Part shown: piece by piece, positions 1 to 13,115 of the stretch
Position numbering within the stretch: position 1 is the stretch's first letter
Layout of the letters: each line of letters begins with the position of its first letter
Assembly (NCBI GenBank): GCA_951406725.2
Contig: OX597838.1
Location: forward strand, 23,808,001 to 23,872,000
Reading direction: 5' to 3'
DNA length: 64,000 nt
Origin: Octopus vulgaris
Taxonomy: Eukaryota
Notes under the pieces: generated by a model
Databases searched by the model: none
The model's input: only the letters and a program-made list of their open reading frames with translations
Told to the model about the DNA's origin: nothing
Made by a program: the position numbers and the translations under genes

Positions 1-1028
1 TGTTGACCCCCCCAAAGGGATGAAAGATAAAGTTAACCTCAGTGGGGTTTGAACTCAGAATGTCAAGAGGCAAAAGAAATACTGCAAAAGATTTCTTTGG
101 CACTCTCAACAATTTTGCCAATGTCCACTGACCCTTTAATGGTTTGTGATTTAGGCACAAAGCCAACAATTTCAAGGGGCAGGGTTAGTCAATATCATCA
201 GCGTAATACCTGACTGATATTTTATTTCATCAACCTCCAGAGTGATGAAAGACAATGTTGACCCCAGTGGGAACCGACCTCAGAACATATAAAGTATTTG
301 AAGAAATACCACAGAACATTTTCTCCAATGAGCTAGAGATTCTGCTAACCTATTGCCCTAATGGAAATAACAATTCTTTCAAATTTCGGTGCAAGGCTAA
401 CAAATTTTTAGGGAGAGGGAGACCAGCTGATTACATTGACCCCAGTACTTGACTGGTACTTTATTTTATCACCTCTGGCAGAATTTTAAGTCAGAATGTA
501 ACTCCGGAAGAAATGCCACTAAGCTAATGATTCTGCCAGTTTGCCATAATAATAATAATAATAATAATAATGACAATGATGATAAGTCTTTCTGATTTTG
601 GCAGAAGGCCAGCAGTTTTAAGGAAAGAGGATAGCCAAGTACATTAGCCTCAGTGTTCAAATGGTGCTTATTTTATCGACCCTGAAAGGATGAATGGTAA
701 TGTCGACCTGACAGAATTTGAACTCAGAATGTAAAGCCAGAAGGAATGCTGCTTAGCATTTTGCCCGGCATGCTAACAGTTCTGCCAGCTCACCACCCTA
801 ATAATAATAATAATCTTTTCTACTATAGGCACAAGGCCTGAAATTTTGGGGCAGAGGGCTAGTCAATTACGTCGACTTCAGTGCATAACTGGTACTTAAT
901 TTATCGACCCCGAAAGGATGAAAGGCAAAGTTGACCTCGGTGGAATTTGGACTCAGAACATAGCGATGGGCGAAATACCGCTAAGCATTTCATCCAGTGT
1001 GCTAATGAGTCTGCCAGCTTGCCACCTT
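1..1028 (-). mobile_element. Cluster of SINE family S2 copies separated by (AAT)n
   Basis: Repeated gacccc-gaaaggatgaaaggcaaagtcgacc...gaatttgaactcagaa...ctgccagctc (B box gagttcaaattc on the minus strand). Confidence 0.75.
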
Positions 1029-2029
1029 AATAATAATAATAATGATAATAATAATAATAAAAAGAAGAATGATGATGATGAGAAGAATGATGGAAAAAGA
1101 TATAGATTTTGTTATTTGTTTTAAAGGAAGAGAAGAAAGAGAGAAAGACATTACCAAAAAATACACAAACATATTGTTGCTTATTGTTCTTGTTTCCTTG
1201 TGTTTTTTTCCCCATTTGATGTCAAATCAATTAAGACATTCATTTAAAAAAAAAATGATTAAAAAAAAAAAAGAGAAAATGAGATTTTGTTTTTTTCAAG
1301 GTGATAAACAAGTGTAATATTTTAGCAATAGTCAAAGACAATAGATAGAAAGATAGATAGATGGCACTGAATCCTGTCATGTATACAGCTCGTGTGTGTG
1401 TTTGTGTATGTGTGTTGTTTCTCTCTATATATATATAATATGTCAACAGGTAGTGAAGAATGCAGCCAGTCACATCCATACATACACACAACTAATGAAA
1501 GTACATACACCAGTGAATTTGCAGAAGAGTTTCTTTGTTTGTTTGTTTGTTTTGTTGTCCCCGCCACCATATTATATATATATATATATTTCTTTTTTTT
1601 TTTTCCTTTTTTTGAGTTTTTATTTTCACCATTTAACCATTCTAGGGAACAATTTCGAATGAGTCTAAGATTATTATTGATCAGTAAAAGAAAAATTAAA
1701 ACCAATCAAATTGTGATGTGTCGATTTTTCTGTTTTTAACCCTAGATCAAAGGAAGAAAAAACAAAAACAAACCAACAGGTCAGTGACCCTTAAATTGTT
1801 AGATTTAACCTCATCAGAGGGCACCTATATTCGTTTTTCTTTTTTTCGTGGGAGGGGGTGTATCTGTATGGCTTTCATGTATCTGTGTGTTTACATGTAT
1901 GCATAAATGTGTTTAGATGTATATGCATATGTATATACAAAGTCACAGTTTTAATAAATTAATTTCCTTTGCTTTTTAGACAGCAGTGAGTTCCCCCAAA
2001 GTTTATAGCAAAACCTAACCGTCGACCAG

Positions 2030-5000
2030 CTATACATAACTGGACAGCTGGCTCATGTGGTTCTGTACAGAGTTGCCATGACGGCTTGTTTGATTTGTGG
2101 AGGAGTTCCCCTCATTAGTGTAGTTTCGTGACAAATCCAGAGCAACACTACTGGAGTTGCCATGCTTATTAGAGCGGTGAGATTTCTCTGGTTTGCGACT
2201 TGCAGAACTTGCAGATGATGATGATGGAGCCATCCAAGGACTGGAAACGATTTTGGTCTCTCTTGGCGTTGTATCTGGGCTAGCACCAGGGTATGATTTC
2301 CGATTTTTATCTTTACTGCGAGCGTGTCTCTTCTTTGGTATCACTCCGCTGGGCGGTTGATGGACTTCCACACTTGCAGTTGTAGTACAGCTGCTCCCAC
2401 TTGTAGATTTATGAGTAGCTGAAGAGCTAGATTTGGTTTTGTGATCTGGAGAAATTCTAGGATGTGACATTTTTTTAACTTTGTAGCCGGAAGAACTACT
2501 ATTTTGACCAGCTCCGGCACCGTTTAGCTTCACGGTGCTGTGAGCATTATCTGTTGGGTATGATAATTGGCCTGTGTTGGAGGATTTGGGACTAGCAGTT
2601 AGGTATTTCATCATAGAAGGAGACAGTTTGTTTGATTCACCTTCTTTCTCAGCATTTCTGTCTTTGAAGTGATCCGTAACACTTTTGCCGTGTTCTTTTT
2701 TATGGCCGCAACTGTGCGATGCGGTCAGCCTCTCGACGTAACCATACTGCTTGTAACAAGGCTCACATATTTTATTAGCGTTACTATGGGAATTGCTATC
2801 GTGGGTCTGTGAGGAGTCAGAAGATTTCATAGCTTGAGTAGTCGACATGTTGAAAGAGTTTTGTATACTGTTCAAAAGACTACTTGAAGTGGTTGAGGCA
2901 CTCTTGCAGTTGGTGTTTTCTTGATGGTTTGCTGACTTGTGGCCCGATCTTTTGCTAGCTTTAGACATACTGCCAAGGGAATGTCGTTTCTTACGGTCTG
3001 CAGGACTTGCTTTGGGTTTAGGGTACACTGGCAGTGGAGGTGGGGGTGAGGTTTTATCAGTAAATGGAAAGCTGCTTGAGAGACAGTCCTTGGGGCTGGC
3101 GTTAAGTGGACCAAACTTACTGAAGTTTGTGAGACTGGAATTCGTAACGTTAGTTGCAGTCATAGTTTTGCTGGTGGTAGAAGAGCTGTTAGTCCTCGAT
3201 GTAGCTCCTGAAGAAAAGGTCGGGGCTAATTCTTTTGAACCTGATGCAGACCCTAAATGAGTGCTATCTCGTAGAATATCTAAAGGCTTCGCAATGCTCT
3301 GCAGAACAGGTGTGATGTCAATAGTTCGTATAATGTCGTCGATTGACTTGCGATTATCCAAGGAACGAATCTCAGATTTGCGAGGATATGATTGAGCTAA
3401 TGTGCAATCACTTCTTTTGATCAGCCTGCCTGTAGCGCTGTTGACAGCCGTTGTAATACTTGATGGATCACAGCTCCAACTGGAATGGTGAGAGTGATGG
3501 GGAATGTGGCTGTTAGCTTGATGGTGAGCACTAGAACTGGATGCAGAAGAGGTATGAATGTGGCTGCTTTGTGGTTTGAAGTGTTGATGCTGGGCAATCA
3601 GTGATGAAGACGTGGATGTTGAAGGAGGAAGAGAAGTCGGAGGAGCTGAGGATGAAGGCTTCGAGTAGCTGTTTTCGTCATGTTCTACTGATTGTCGAGG
3701 AATGTCTGAATAACGCTTAAGAATATTGGACACTAAGCTCGCGGTGGTCAAGGGCTCGTGTCGTTGGATTGGCAAATGAGTAGCACCAGCTGTGACCGGA
3801 TTCACCATGTTCGTTATGTTACCACTATCACCACCATCTTTAATGGTTTTTGTATGAAAGGGGTCAGCGTAAGGGTTTTCATTCTTGATAAGGTGGCTGT
3901 TGCCAGCGTTGTGTGTAGCTTCGATTGTGTTGCTGCTGGTGATAGTGGAAGGAGTAGAGGTGCACGAAGAGGAGTTGTTTTTCGGTCTCTTCTTCTCACC
4001 AGTCTCCGAACAAATTGAGAACAAAGAGATATCTGAAGTCAGTGAATTGGAACGGTCTTGCAATGTACCCATGCTATTCCTCGACGGAGATGACCCCGAG
4101 GATACAGGGGTGCCAGGGCTCTGCAGTCGGCCACTCAGTATAGTTGCAGGGTGATGTAAGTCACGGAAACCGCGTTCTGATAAGCTATCCTCAGCATGTT
4201 CAACAGAAAGTAAGCCGCTTCCACTGGCTCCAGAAGTCAAGGACAGGACACTTGGAGGAGTAATTTTACTCGTCTGAGTAGCCATCTCGGATTTCTGGAG
4301 GTCTGGTTGCAAGGGTTTCAATTCCAGGGGAGGCAGACTATTTCGAATCTGAAGAGCTGATGATGTCACACCAAAATCATGGCTTTGAACAAAAGAAGAG
4401 TTAGCTAATTGATTAGCTGAATTCAATTTGGAAATATTAGATTTTTCACCTTGTTCGCTGACAACATCGGTTTTGTTACTGCTGGTTCCGTGACTGACAG
4501 ATTGCTGATTTGGAGAGTCAATATAACTTATCCGAACCGGCTTTCCAGGAACAGCTGATTTGGTAACTTCTGCATTTGCTGTGCTTTTGGACTCGTTAAC
4601 ACAATCACCAGTTAAATTCTCGTGTGCTGGCTGTTTTTCCCAACCAGTATAGCAGTCACTAGATTTTGAAACACTCGGTTTGAAAGAGGAAACAGCAGAC
4701 CCAGCAGCTGTTGATTGTTGCGGTTGTTGGTTATTGGTTCCCAGAGAAAATCCCACAGCGCTGTTACTAGACTTGAGCCAAGAACTAGAAACATCGGCGG
4801 ATTCTTGCTCAGATTCTGATGAATCACTGGTATCAGAAGGAATGTAATTGTTTCGAAAACAATATGAATTACGTGGACTGTGGCTTTCTCGTCGAATTTC
4901 GATACTTTCAGAGCGCTTGATATACCAAGGTGCAAATTTATCTGCTTTTGATGTTGATGTTGATGCTGCTGTTACAGATGATTTTTCACCGGTTTCTCTC

Positions 5001-5655
5001 AGAGATATAGCTGCTGCTGCTGCTTGCTGCCTTGTGAGACCCAAAGCGATGCCGTCCTGGTGTTCCTTTCCACTGGGAAACAAACACGAACGGATCCGTT
5101 CAGCCCGTGCCGCAATGCTTCCGCAGGAATTACGCGCCTGACGACCGTCAGAAATTTCAGCTGATGTACAAGAACCGAAGAACGTACTGAAGGGACGTGC
5201 TATTGATGGAGAATGGCCGGTCCTGGTAAATGGAGAGGTGAACTGATTTTCGTCGGTGCCAAACGGAGTTTTCGGTGTAGTCTCGTGTAGACTGCTGTCG
5301 TCGTCATTGTCTACATTCGACGGAAACTCACAACTGACACCTTCTAAATTGAGGCCGTGCATGGACGGGTTAGACTCGGCTTCCTGGCCACTGGTATCAT
5401 TTGGGTTTATTGTGCGATTAGTAGGGCTGAGAGTGTCAGAAAAGGCAGGGTTATGACCAGCCATCTGGTACTGCACTTCTTCGTAAGGGGGCGGTGCCTC
5501 ACAAGGCTGTATATAGGTGAATGGTTTCGGTAATGTGTACGGTGGAGGGGGACCCTCGTAAGGGGGTGGGCAAGGCATACCAATTGAAAAGGCATCCTGA
5601 GAGAAAGGGTTGTTATCGTTGTCATCATCTTGGTGGTTTCGAGGTGCATTCAACC
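2030..5655 (-). CDS. DGCR2: Terminal coding exon of a DGCR2/IDD-like membrane protein; long low-complexity cytoplasmic tail
   Basis: 1207-codon ORF. Minus-strand acceptor ttcttctcttaatttttgcag|GG TTG at 5657-5656; phase 1 joins the TM exon (A+GG=Arg). PPPPY, PPPPY and PPPY motifs lie near the start, as in DGCR2 tails. Stop TAG at 2032-2030. Confidence 0.88.
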
Positions 5656-6043
5656 CTGCAAAAATTAAGAGAAGAAATGAATAAAAAATAGAGTGAGGGG
5701 ACGGGGGAGAGAGAAAGAGAGAGAGAGAGGGATTAAGAGATTAAGTAAGAAATAAGAAATTCAACTTTCACTTTTAATGAGATTATAAATATTAAAGAAG
5801 AATCATTCAGATTATAATATATTCCAGACTCATTGACCTCATTTTTACAGTATATTTACAAATATATATATATATATATACACAAAATATATGATAAGCA
5901 TGGTGATACATATATGCATAACATATATATATATATATATATATACATACACATACACACTACACAGATATATATATAGATACACCAACTGCATCTTGGA
6001 AGGTATTTATAAGCCATTTAAAAACACAAAAACCGTTAGATTC

Positions 6044-6104
<61 letters not shown>

Positions 6105-6470
6105 CGGGGGGGTATAAACAAAATACAAAAACCCACTTAGCATTTTACGCTTTATAAAACAGGCACATGTTTGTCAAATTAACTGGCAGGATTACATAAT
6201 TGCTTGTCAAAGATTATATAATCCAATTAATTTACCTTCTCAGTGTTTATATATATATATATTTATGAACAAGATCAAACATACATCCACAAGGTGTGTG
6301 TGTGTGTGTGTGTGTATGTGTGTGTGTTGTTAGTTCATGGGTCGGCTGCATTTTAGGTGTAAGAAAATATATTCTCAGCGTGCCTGGTATTAAAAACACC
6401 TGAAACAAAATCATAGGTATGCAAGACAACTCATATCAGGTCCCTTTTTGGACCTGATGTGAGTTGATGT

Positions 6471-6885
6471 CTTCTTCTTCTTCTTCTTTCTTCTTCTTCT
6501 TCCAATCAGGACTCACACCATTAGCCACAAAGAATAATCTCTAATTTGAGCCTACTCTAAGCTACTAAGAATGCGTGTGACAACTTGAAGATCCACCCAC
6601 CACACATGATAGGCTAGCTACGTTGTTATCCTCATTCCGTAAACGGTAGCTTTTTTAACGGGTGGAGAGCCGAATCATCCTGGGGTACAGAAGATTCGCA
6701 ATCTAGACTAGGGTCTGAAAGTTTACCACACCATAGTGGGTTACACCATGGTTCTTCTACTTTGTGGCAGAAGTAGGAAGAAAGAGTGAGAGAAAGTTGT
6801 GGTGAAAGAGTACAGCGGGGTTCACCACGACCCCCGCCGGAGCCTCGTGGAGCTTAGGTGTTTTTGCTCAATAAACACTCACAAT
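6471..6885 (-). mobile_element. 5'-truncated S4-related retroposon with (AAG)n tail and 11-bp TSD
   Basis: tgagttgatgt is duplicated at 6460-6470 and 6886-6896; the S4 body lies at 6770-6885. Confidence 0.7.
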
Positions 6886-7523
6886 TGAGTTGATGTTTCA
6901 CCGTTGTTGTGTCTTTTCAATGCCACACACCAAACCAGGTCTGCTGCGAGCTGTATCGCCGACCATGACTAAATGCTAAATGGTTTAAACATCATCTGCT
7001 GCCATTTTCTACTGCTTCATGCCATGGGAAAGAATTTGAATATGTATCAGAAGCAGCTTGAGCTGTATAAAGAAAGTCGAACACACATACACAAGGTGAG
7101 TGTGTGTGTGTGTGTGTGTGTTGTTAGTTCGTGGGTTGGCTGCGTTTTAGGTGTGCGAGAATGTATTCTCAATCGGATGCAGTCGTTGGATGACCTCATC
7201 TGACACGACACGAGAAAATCAACAGCCACTACTGTTTTTGATATTACACCATCTTATAGCAACAGCAAGGTGTTTGCTGTTGTTTACACCAATGCGTGGG
7301 ACATCAATTACACCTATGCTTGGAGAGTGACTGCTGCTGTTACATAAAAGCTGGAGAGTTTGATTGGATTAACGGATCCTATATAACAGGAATTACTTTT
7401 CTAGACTGTTCTTTTCTTCTGAAGAGGGACCTTTGAGTCTGTTCATTGCTTCTTGTTTTATAGATTTTTATATGAATTCTACATACATTAAGAAATTTCC
7501 ACATGTACATCGTACATCCAGTA

Positions 7524-7583
<60 letters not shown>

Positions 7584-7740
7584 AGGAGTGGCTATGTGGT
7601 AAGTAGCTTGTTTACCAATCACGTGGTTCCGGGTTCAGTCCCACTGCGTGGCACCTTGAGCAAGTGTCTTCTACTATAGCCTCGGGCTGACCAAAGCCTT
7701 GTGAGTGGATTTGGTAGACGGAAACTGAAAGAAGCCCGTC

Positions 7741-7770
<30 letters not shown>

Positions 7771-7779
<9 letters not shown>

Positions 7780-7867
7780 AAAATAGTAAAGTGTGAAAAA
7801 ACGACAGAAGGCTTAAATGTTAAAAAATATATATATTTGTGTCAAATGTCTGGAGAATATTGGAAAA

Positions 7868-7899
<32 letters not shown>

Positions 7900-8437
7900 A
7901 TATAGTGAGAATTTACCAAAAAAAAAAAAAAACACGAAGACAGGTGGTGTATAAAACAGATGTTAGTATAACGCTCAGGAATAGAAAAAGTCTTTTACGT
8001 TTCGAACCTACGCTCTTTGACAGAAAGAAATGCAGAAATAAACAGGGAGAGAAAATAGAAAAAGGTTTAGTGGCTAGCGATCTATCATGACAAATGATAG
8101 ATCGCTAGCCACTAAACCTTGTCATGATAGATCGCTAGCCACTAAACCTTTTTCTATTTTCTCTCCCTGTTTATTTCTGCATTTCTTTCTGTCAAAGAGC
8201 GTAGGTTTGAAACGTAAAAGACTTTTTCTATTCCTGAGCGTTATACTAACATCTGTTTTATACACCACCTGTCTTTGTGTTTTTTTTTTTTTGGTAAATT
8301 CTCACTATATACACACACACACACACACATATATATATATTTTTCCAATATTCTCCAGACATTTGACACAAATATATATATTTTTTAACATTTAAGCCTT
8401 CTGTCGTTTTTTCACACTTTACTATTTTCTTATATAT
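7771..8437. repeat. ~670-bp near-perfect palindrome with ~320-bp arms
   Basis: 7771-8093 is the reverse complement of 8119-8437, apart from two substitutions noticed and simple-repeat length changes. The 25-bp spacer is an extra copy of atgatagatcgctagccactaaacc. Confidence 0.92.
8119..8305 (+). mobile_element. Family A short element with hammerhead-like motif, ending at (TA)n
   Basis: atgatagatcgctagccact...tcttt-CTGTCAA-A-GAGC(gtag)GTTT-GAAACGTA-aaaga...ttcctgagcgt...aaattctcac(TA). A mirror copy lies at 7905-8093 on the minus strand. Confidence 0.65.
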
Positions 8438-8470
8438 TCACCCACATGCTTTACCAAACAAACTTTCTTA

Positions 8471-8560
<90 letters not shown>

Positions 8561-10161
8561 GTATGTGTGTCTGTGTTTGTCCCCTCCCAACATCACTTGA
8601 CAACCGATGCTGGTGTGTTTATGTCCCCGTTACTTAGCAGTTCGATAGAATACGTACTGGGCTTACAAAAGAATAAGACCCGAAGTCGAGTTGCTCAATT
8701 AAAGGCGGTGCTCCAGCATGGCCGCAGTCAAATGACTGAAACAAGTAAAAGAGTATATAAACATATATATATATATATGTATGTATGTATGTATATATTT
8801 CTGTGTGACTTAGAGGTTGAGAAACCAACTAAGGGATAGTACCTATCCAATATACTGCTGGTAGTGTACCCAATTATTCTGCCAAACTGTCCAACCCGTG
8901 CCAGCATGGAACGAGGACTTTAAATGATGATGATGATGATGATGATATAGCTATGCCTGCATTATATGTGTATTTGTGTTTGTGTGAGTTGTATGTTTGT
9001 GTGTATGTGTGTGTAAGAGAGAGGGATAGAGTGAGTGTGTGAGAGAGAGAGAGTGTGTGTGTGTGAGAGAGAGACAGAGAGAGAGTGTGCATGTGTGAGA
9101 GATAGAGTGCGTGTGTGTGAGAGAGATAGAGTGCTGTGTGTATGAAGAGAAAGATAGTGGGTGTGTGTGAGAGAGATAGAGAGAGTGTGCATGTGAGAGA
9201 GTGTGTGTGTGTGTGTGTGAGTGAGTGAGAGATAGAGTGTGTGTGTGTGAGAGGGAGAGAGAGATAGTATGTGTGTGTATTACTATATCAGTGTCATAAA
9301 GTTATAATTGACTAAAACAGAGAGAGAGAAAAGCAGATAAAGGACAGACAGACAGACATATGGAGAGATAAAGATATACAAAGATATGCAGAGAGAGAGA
9401 AAGAGTGAGATAAATAAGAGACAAGCATACAGAGACAAAGATGGTCAGAGGGGGAGGACAGACATGAAACAGACAGACATACAGAGAATGGGGGGAGAGA
9501 GAGAGAGAGAGGCAGACAAATAAGGGACAAGCATACAGAACAAGGGGAGGGAGAGAGAGAGAGAGAAATACATACAGGGGGTAGGGAGAGAGACAGACAT
9601 ACAGAGAGATAAAGACACAGATAAAGGTAGGGTGAAAGAGAGAGAGAGAGAGAGAGAGAGAACAGAATGCTCATCAAGACTTATGAATGATCCATCATAT
9701 ATGCAAGTGTGTGTGTGCAGGTATGTGTGCATATACACATATACAGCGACACGTGTGCATGCACGTGTTGATGCGTATGATATGAACAAGTGTAAACAAC
9801 AAAAAAAAAACAACAACAAAGAAACAAAAAAAACCACCTAAGTACTGGCAACACACTCTGTCCCCCACTCTGATAATATAACAACAACAACAACAACAAC
9901 AAAAGCAGCAGCATCAACAATACAAAAATCTCCATCAAAGACAATGAAATTTATCAACAATAACAAAATAAAATGGAAACAAAATCTTCCTACCCCAATC
10001 TATTCTGACCACTCCCTGCTCTTCATCGTTTCCCACCGACCCTCTCATTCCTCCAGAGCCACCTCACCTACCCTTCGACATTAAAGAATCACTTATTTTT
10101 GATTTCATTTTTTTTTTTGGTTTTTGGTTTTTTTTTTGGTTTTTGTTAGTTGGTTACTTAC

Positions 10162-10296
10162 TTCTCATTTGTATGAGATGTCTACGTTGACAGAGGCGAT
10201 GGACCATAAAAAGCAGCAGAGCTAGTACGAGAAATGAGGTCACCGTGCTGGCAGCCAGTCGTAATCCTTGGTCTGCGATGTCATCATCACTACGAC
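10162..10296 (-). CDS. DGCR2: Transmembrane exon of the DGCR2-like gene
   Basis: Bounded by ctctttcag| and |gtaagt; 135 nt, phase 1-1. Translates [44 protein letters not shown], closely resembling the vertebrate DGCR2 TM segment (recalled as ..[27 protein letters not shown]). Missing from the ORF track. Confidence 0.92.
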
Positions 10297-10504
10297 CTGA
10301 AAGAGAGAGAGAGAGAGAAAGAGAAGACAAGTGAGAACGAAATTAAGTAAATACGTAAACACACACACACAGAAAATAATGCAGGTAGTTTCTTTTCGGT
10401 AAATTTCACATCCCCCCTCTCTTCTCTTCCCTCTCCCCACTCCATCACCACCTCAGATTAAAGTAAAACGGAAACGAAATTGCATAATTAAATTTCAATG
10501 TGCT

Positions 10505-10866
10505 TGCGTGGTTAAAAAGAACCTTACTTTTCAACCATGTGGTCTTGGGTTCAGTCCCACTCTGCGACACCTTGGGCAAGTGTCTTCTACTGTAGCCCCT
10601 ACCCCACCCCACCCCAGGCCAACCAAAGTCTTGCAAGTGGATTTGATAGATGGAAGCTGAAAGATGCCTGTTGTGTGTGTGTCCCATCACTACTTGACAT
10701 TCAGTGTTGGTTTGTTTATATCCCTACAACATAGCAGTTCAGCAGCAAAAGAGACTGATAAAATAGGCACCACACTTTAAAAAAAAAAGTACTGGGGTCG
10801 ATTTGTTTGACTAAACCTGTCAAGGTGGTGCCCAAGCATGACCACAGTCCAATGCCTGAAACAAGA
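10505..10866 (+). mobile_element. SINE S1, diverged
   Basis: gggttcagtcccact...ttgggcaagtgtcttctact. Confidence 0.65.
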
Positions 10867-11152
10867 AAAAAAAAGGTAAAAGATAACTGGAAAGATCAGA
10901 GAAATTATTTGTTGTTCCTGCAGTTTATTTCATACACAGAGAACTATGTTATCCAGTGTGTCCTTAGTTTTTTTTTTTTTGTTCAATTTCTGATTTAAAG
11001 GTAATTTGGCTGCTGTATCTAGCTGATTAATTGACCATGTAATAGTTCCTTTGTTGTTGCTTAATGCCTGATCTATGATTATAGGTGACCCCTTTGTGAT
11101 CATCCTGTCAACTATGTGTATTTGTCTGTATGTATGTATGTATGTATGTATG

Positions 11153-11190
<38 letters not shown>

Positions 11191-11494
11191 TGGCTGTTGC
11201 CAGTACCGCCTGACTGGCCCTCGTGCCGGTGGCACGTAAAAGCACCCACTACACTCTCGGAGAGGTTGGCGTTAGGACGGGCATCCAGCTGTAGAAACTC
11301 TGCCATATTAAGATTGGAGTCTGGTGCAGCCATCTGGTTCGCCAGTCCTCAGTCAAATCATCCAACCCATGCTAGCATGGAAAGCGGACATTAAATGATG
11401 ATGATGATGATGACAGACACACACACACATACACACACACACACATAGTCCATATTATCTAATGTACCCGTCTTATTTTTTTAATTAATAATAA

Positions 11495-12648
11495 TTGACC
11501 CCCAGTGTTTCACTGGTACTTAATTTATCAACCCTGAAAGGATTAAAGGGAAAGTCGACCTTGGTGGAATTTGAACTCGGAACATAGAGACAGATGAAAT
11601 GTCACTAAGCATTTTGCCTGGCACATTTATTATTCTGCAATAATAATAATCCTTTCTACTATAGGCACAAGGCATGGAATTTGGAGGAGGAGGATGTCCT
11701 CTCAACGATTACCTGGAGATGATTTTTAAAATGAGAATATCTGAAATAAACTTGACTTGAGATATCTTGTCCACAGACAAACACACAAACAAACAAACAT
11801 GACTGAAAAACAATACCTCTGCCTTCACTAAGACAGAGGTAGTAATGATAATGATGATAATAATAATAATAATCATCCTTTCTACTACAGGTACAAAGCA
11901 CGAGATTTTGTGGGATGGGGCTAGTCCATTACATCGACCCCAAAAGGATGAAAGGCAAAGTTGACCTGAGCAGAATTTTAACTCAGAACATAACGACAGA
12001 CAAAATGCACTTAACATTTTGGCCAGTGTGCTAATGATTCTGCCAGCTTGCCACCTTTACAATGATAATAATAGTAATAATAATAATGATAAATGCCCTG
12101 ATGCAGTACCAGGCAGTGGCTCTCATGGCTTCTGATCTTAACTGATTGGAAGTGTTATCATGTACATTGTTTTGTCTTGGTATAAAAGATGGGCTACAGC
12201 AAATATTCTGCTCAATACCACAGATTTGCTTGTCAGTTGTTTGACCTTAACCAGTTGAGAATGTCCCTTAGTGGCTGACGATATGTGCATCTCTGATCAC
12301 GAGCAGAAGTAGTGGGGGAGCATCATAGCCATGTGTTGAGAGGAATTCTTTGGGGTTTGGATAATTCACCTTTGGAAATATCGGTGTTTTGTTCAACATC
12401 CTTAAACAATCCTTATTCAGGGACCTTTTGAGCAGAATGGGCTACCTGACCAGAAAAAAATTCTAACTGGGCTCCACCTGCAAGGTCATGCGCTGTTTAT
12501 CTTGATATGAGATCACCATGTCGTGCACATATGGTTGTGATGCATGTGCCTGGTGTACCCTTATCAGACGGGTAGTCATGATGGGTATGCTGGGCTTCGT
12601 ATATTTTACCCCAGTGTCACTTTGATGGCATGCACTGCTCTCTCACTC

Positions 12649-12684
<36 letters not shown>

Positions 12685-13115
12685 TTGTTCTAGTAAAGGC
12701 ATGAGACCTGAAATTTTTTTTGGGTGGGGAGGGTACTAGTTGATTATATCGACCTCAGTGTTTCACTGGTACTTAATTTATCAACCCTGAAAAGACGAAA
12801 GGCAAAGTCAACTTCGGCAGAATTTGAACTCAGAACGTAGTGATGGGCGAAATACCGCTATGCATTTCATCCAGCGTACTAAATATTCTGCCAGCTCGCT
12901 GCCTTAATAATAATAATAATAATGATAATAATAATCCTGAGGGGACTAGTCGATTATATCTACCCCAGTGTTTCACTAGTACTTAATTTATCAACCCTGA
13001 AAGGATGAAAGGGTACATTGACACTGGTGGAATTTAAACTCAGGATGTAGCGACAGACGAAATACTGCTAAGCATTTTGCCTGGCATGCTAACGATTCTG
13101 CCAGCTCGCCACCTG
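11495..13115 (-). mobile_element. SINE S2 cluster with other insertions
   Basis: S2 copies at about 11495-11625, 11875-12057, 12685-12906 and 12940-13115. Confidence 0.7.
12091..12648 (+). mobile_element. Unclassified ~560-bp element embedded in (AAT)n
   Basis: A second, 5'-truncated copy lies at about 24933-25361; both end cactgctctctcactc(AAT)n. Confidence 0.7.

Larger units (their letters stand above)
7580..8753 (+). mobile_element. SINE family S1 (tRNA head, central microsatellite), split by the palindrome
   Basis: Head ggagtggctatgtggtaag...ggttcagtccc; the 5' half ends at 7742 and the 3' half spans 8565-8753. Confidence 0.8.

Noticed and set aside
2937-5456. Plus-strand ORFs overlapping the large exon
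   Set aside because: They are antisense shadows of the coding exon with no recognisable domains.
12270-12335. CTGACGA motif in the 560-bp element as a hammerhead
   Set aside because: It is followed by GAAG rather than GAAA, and I could not build convincing stems I and II.
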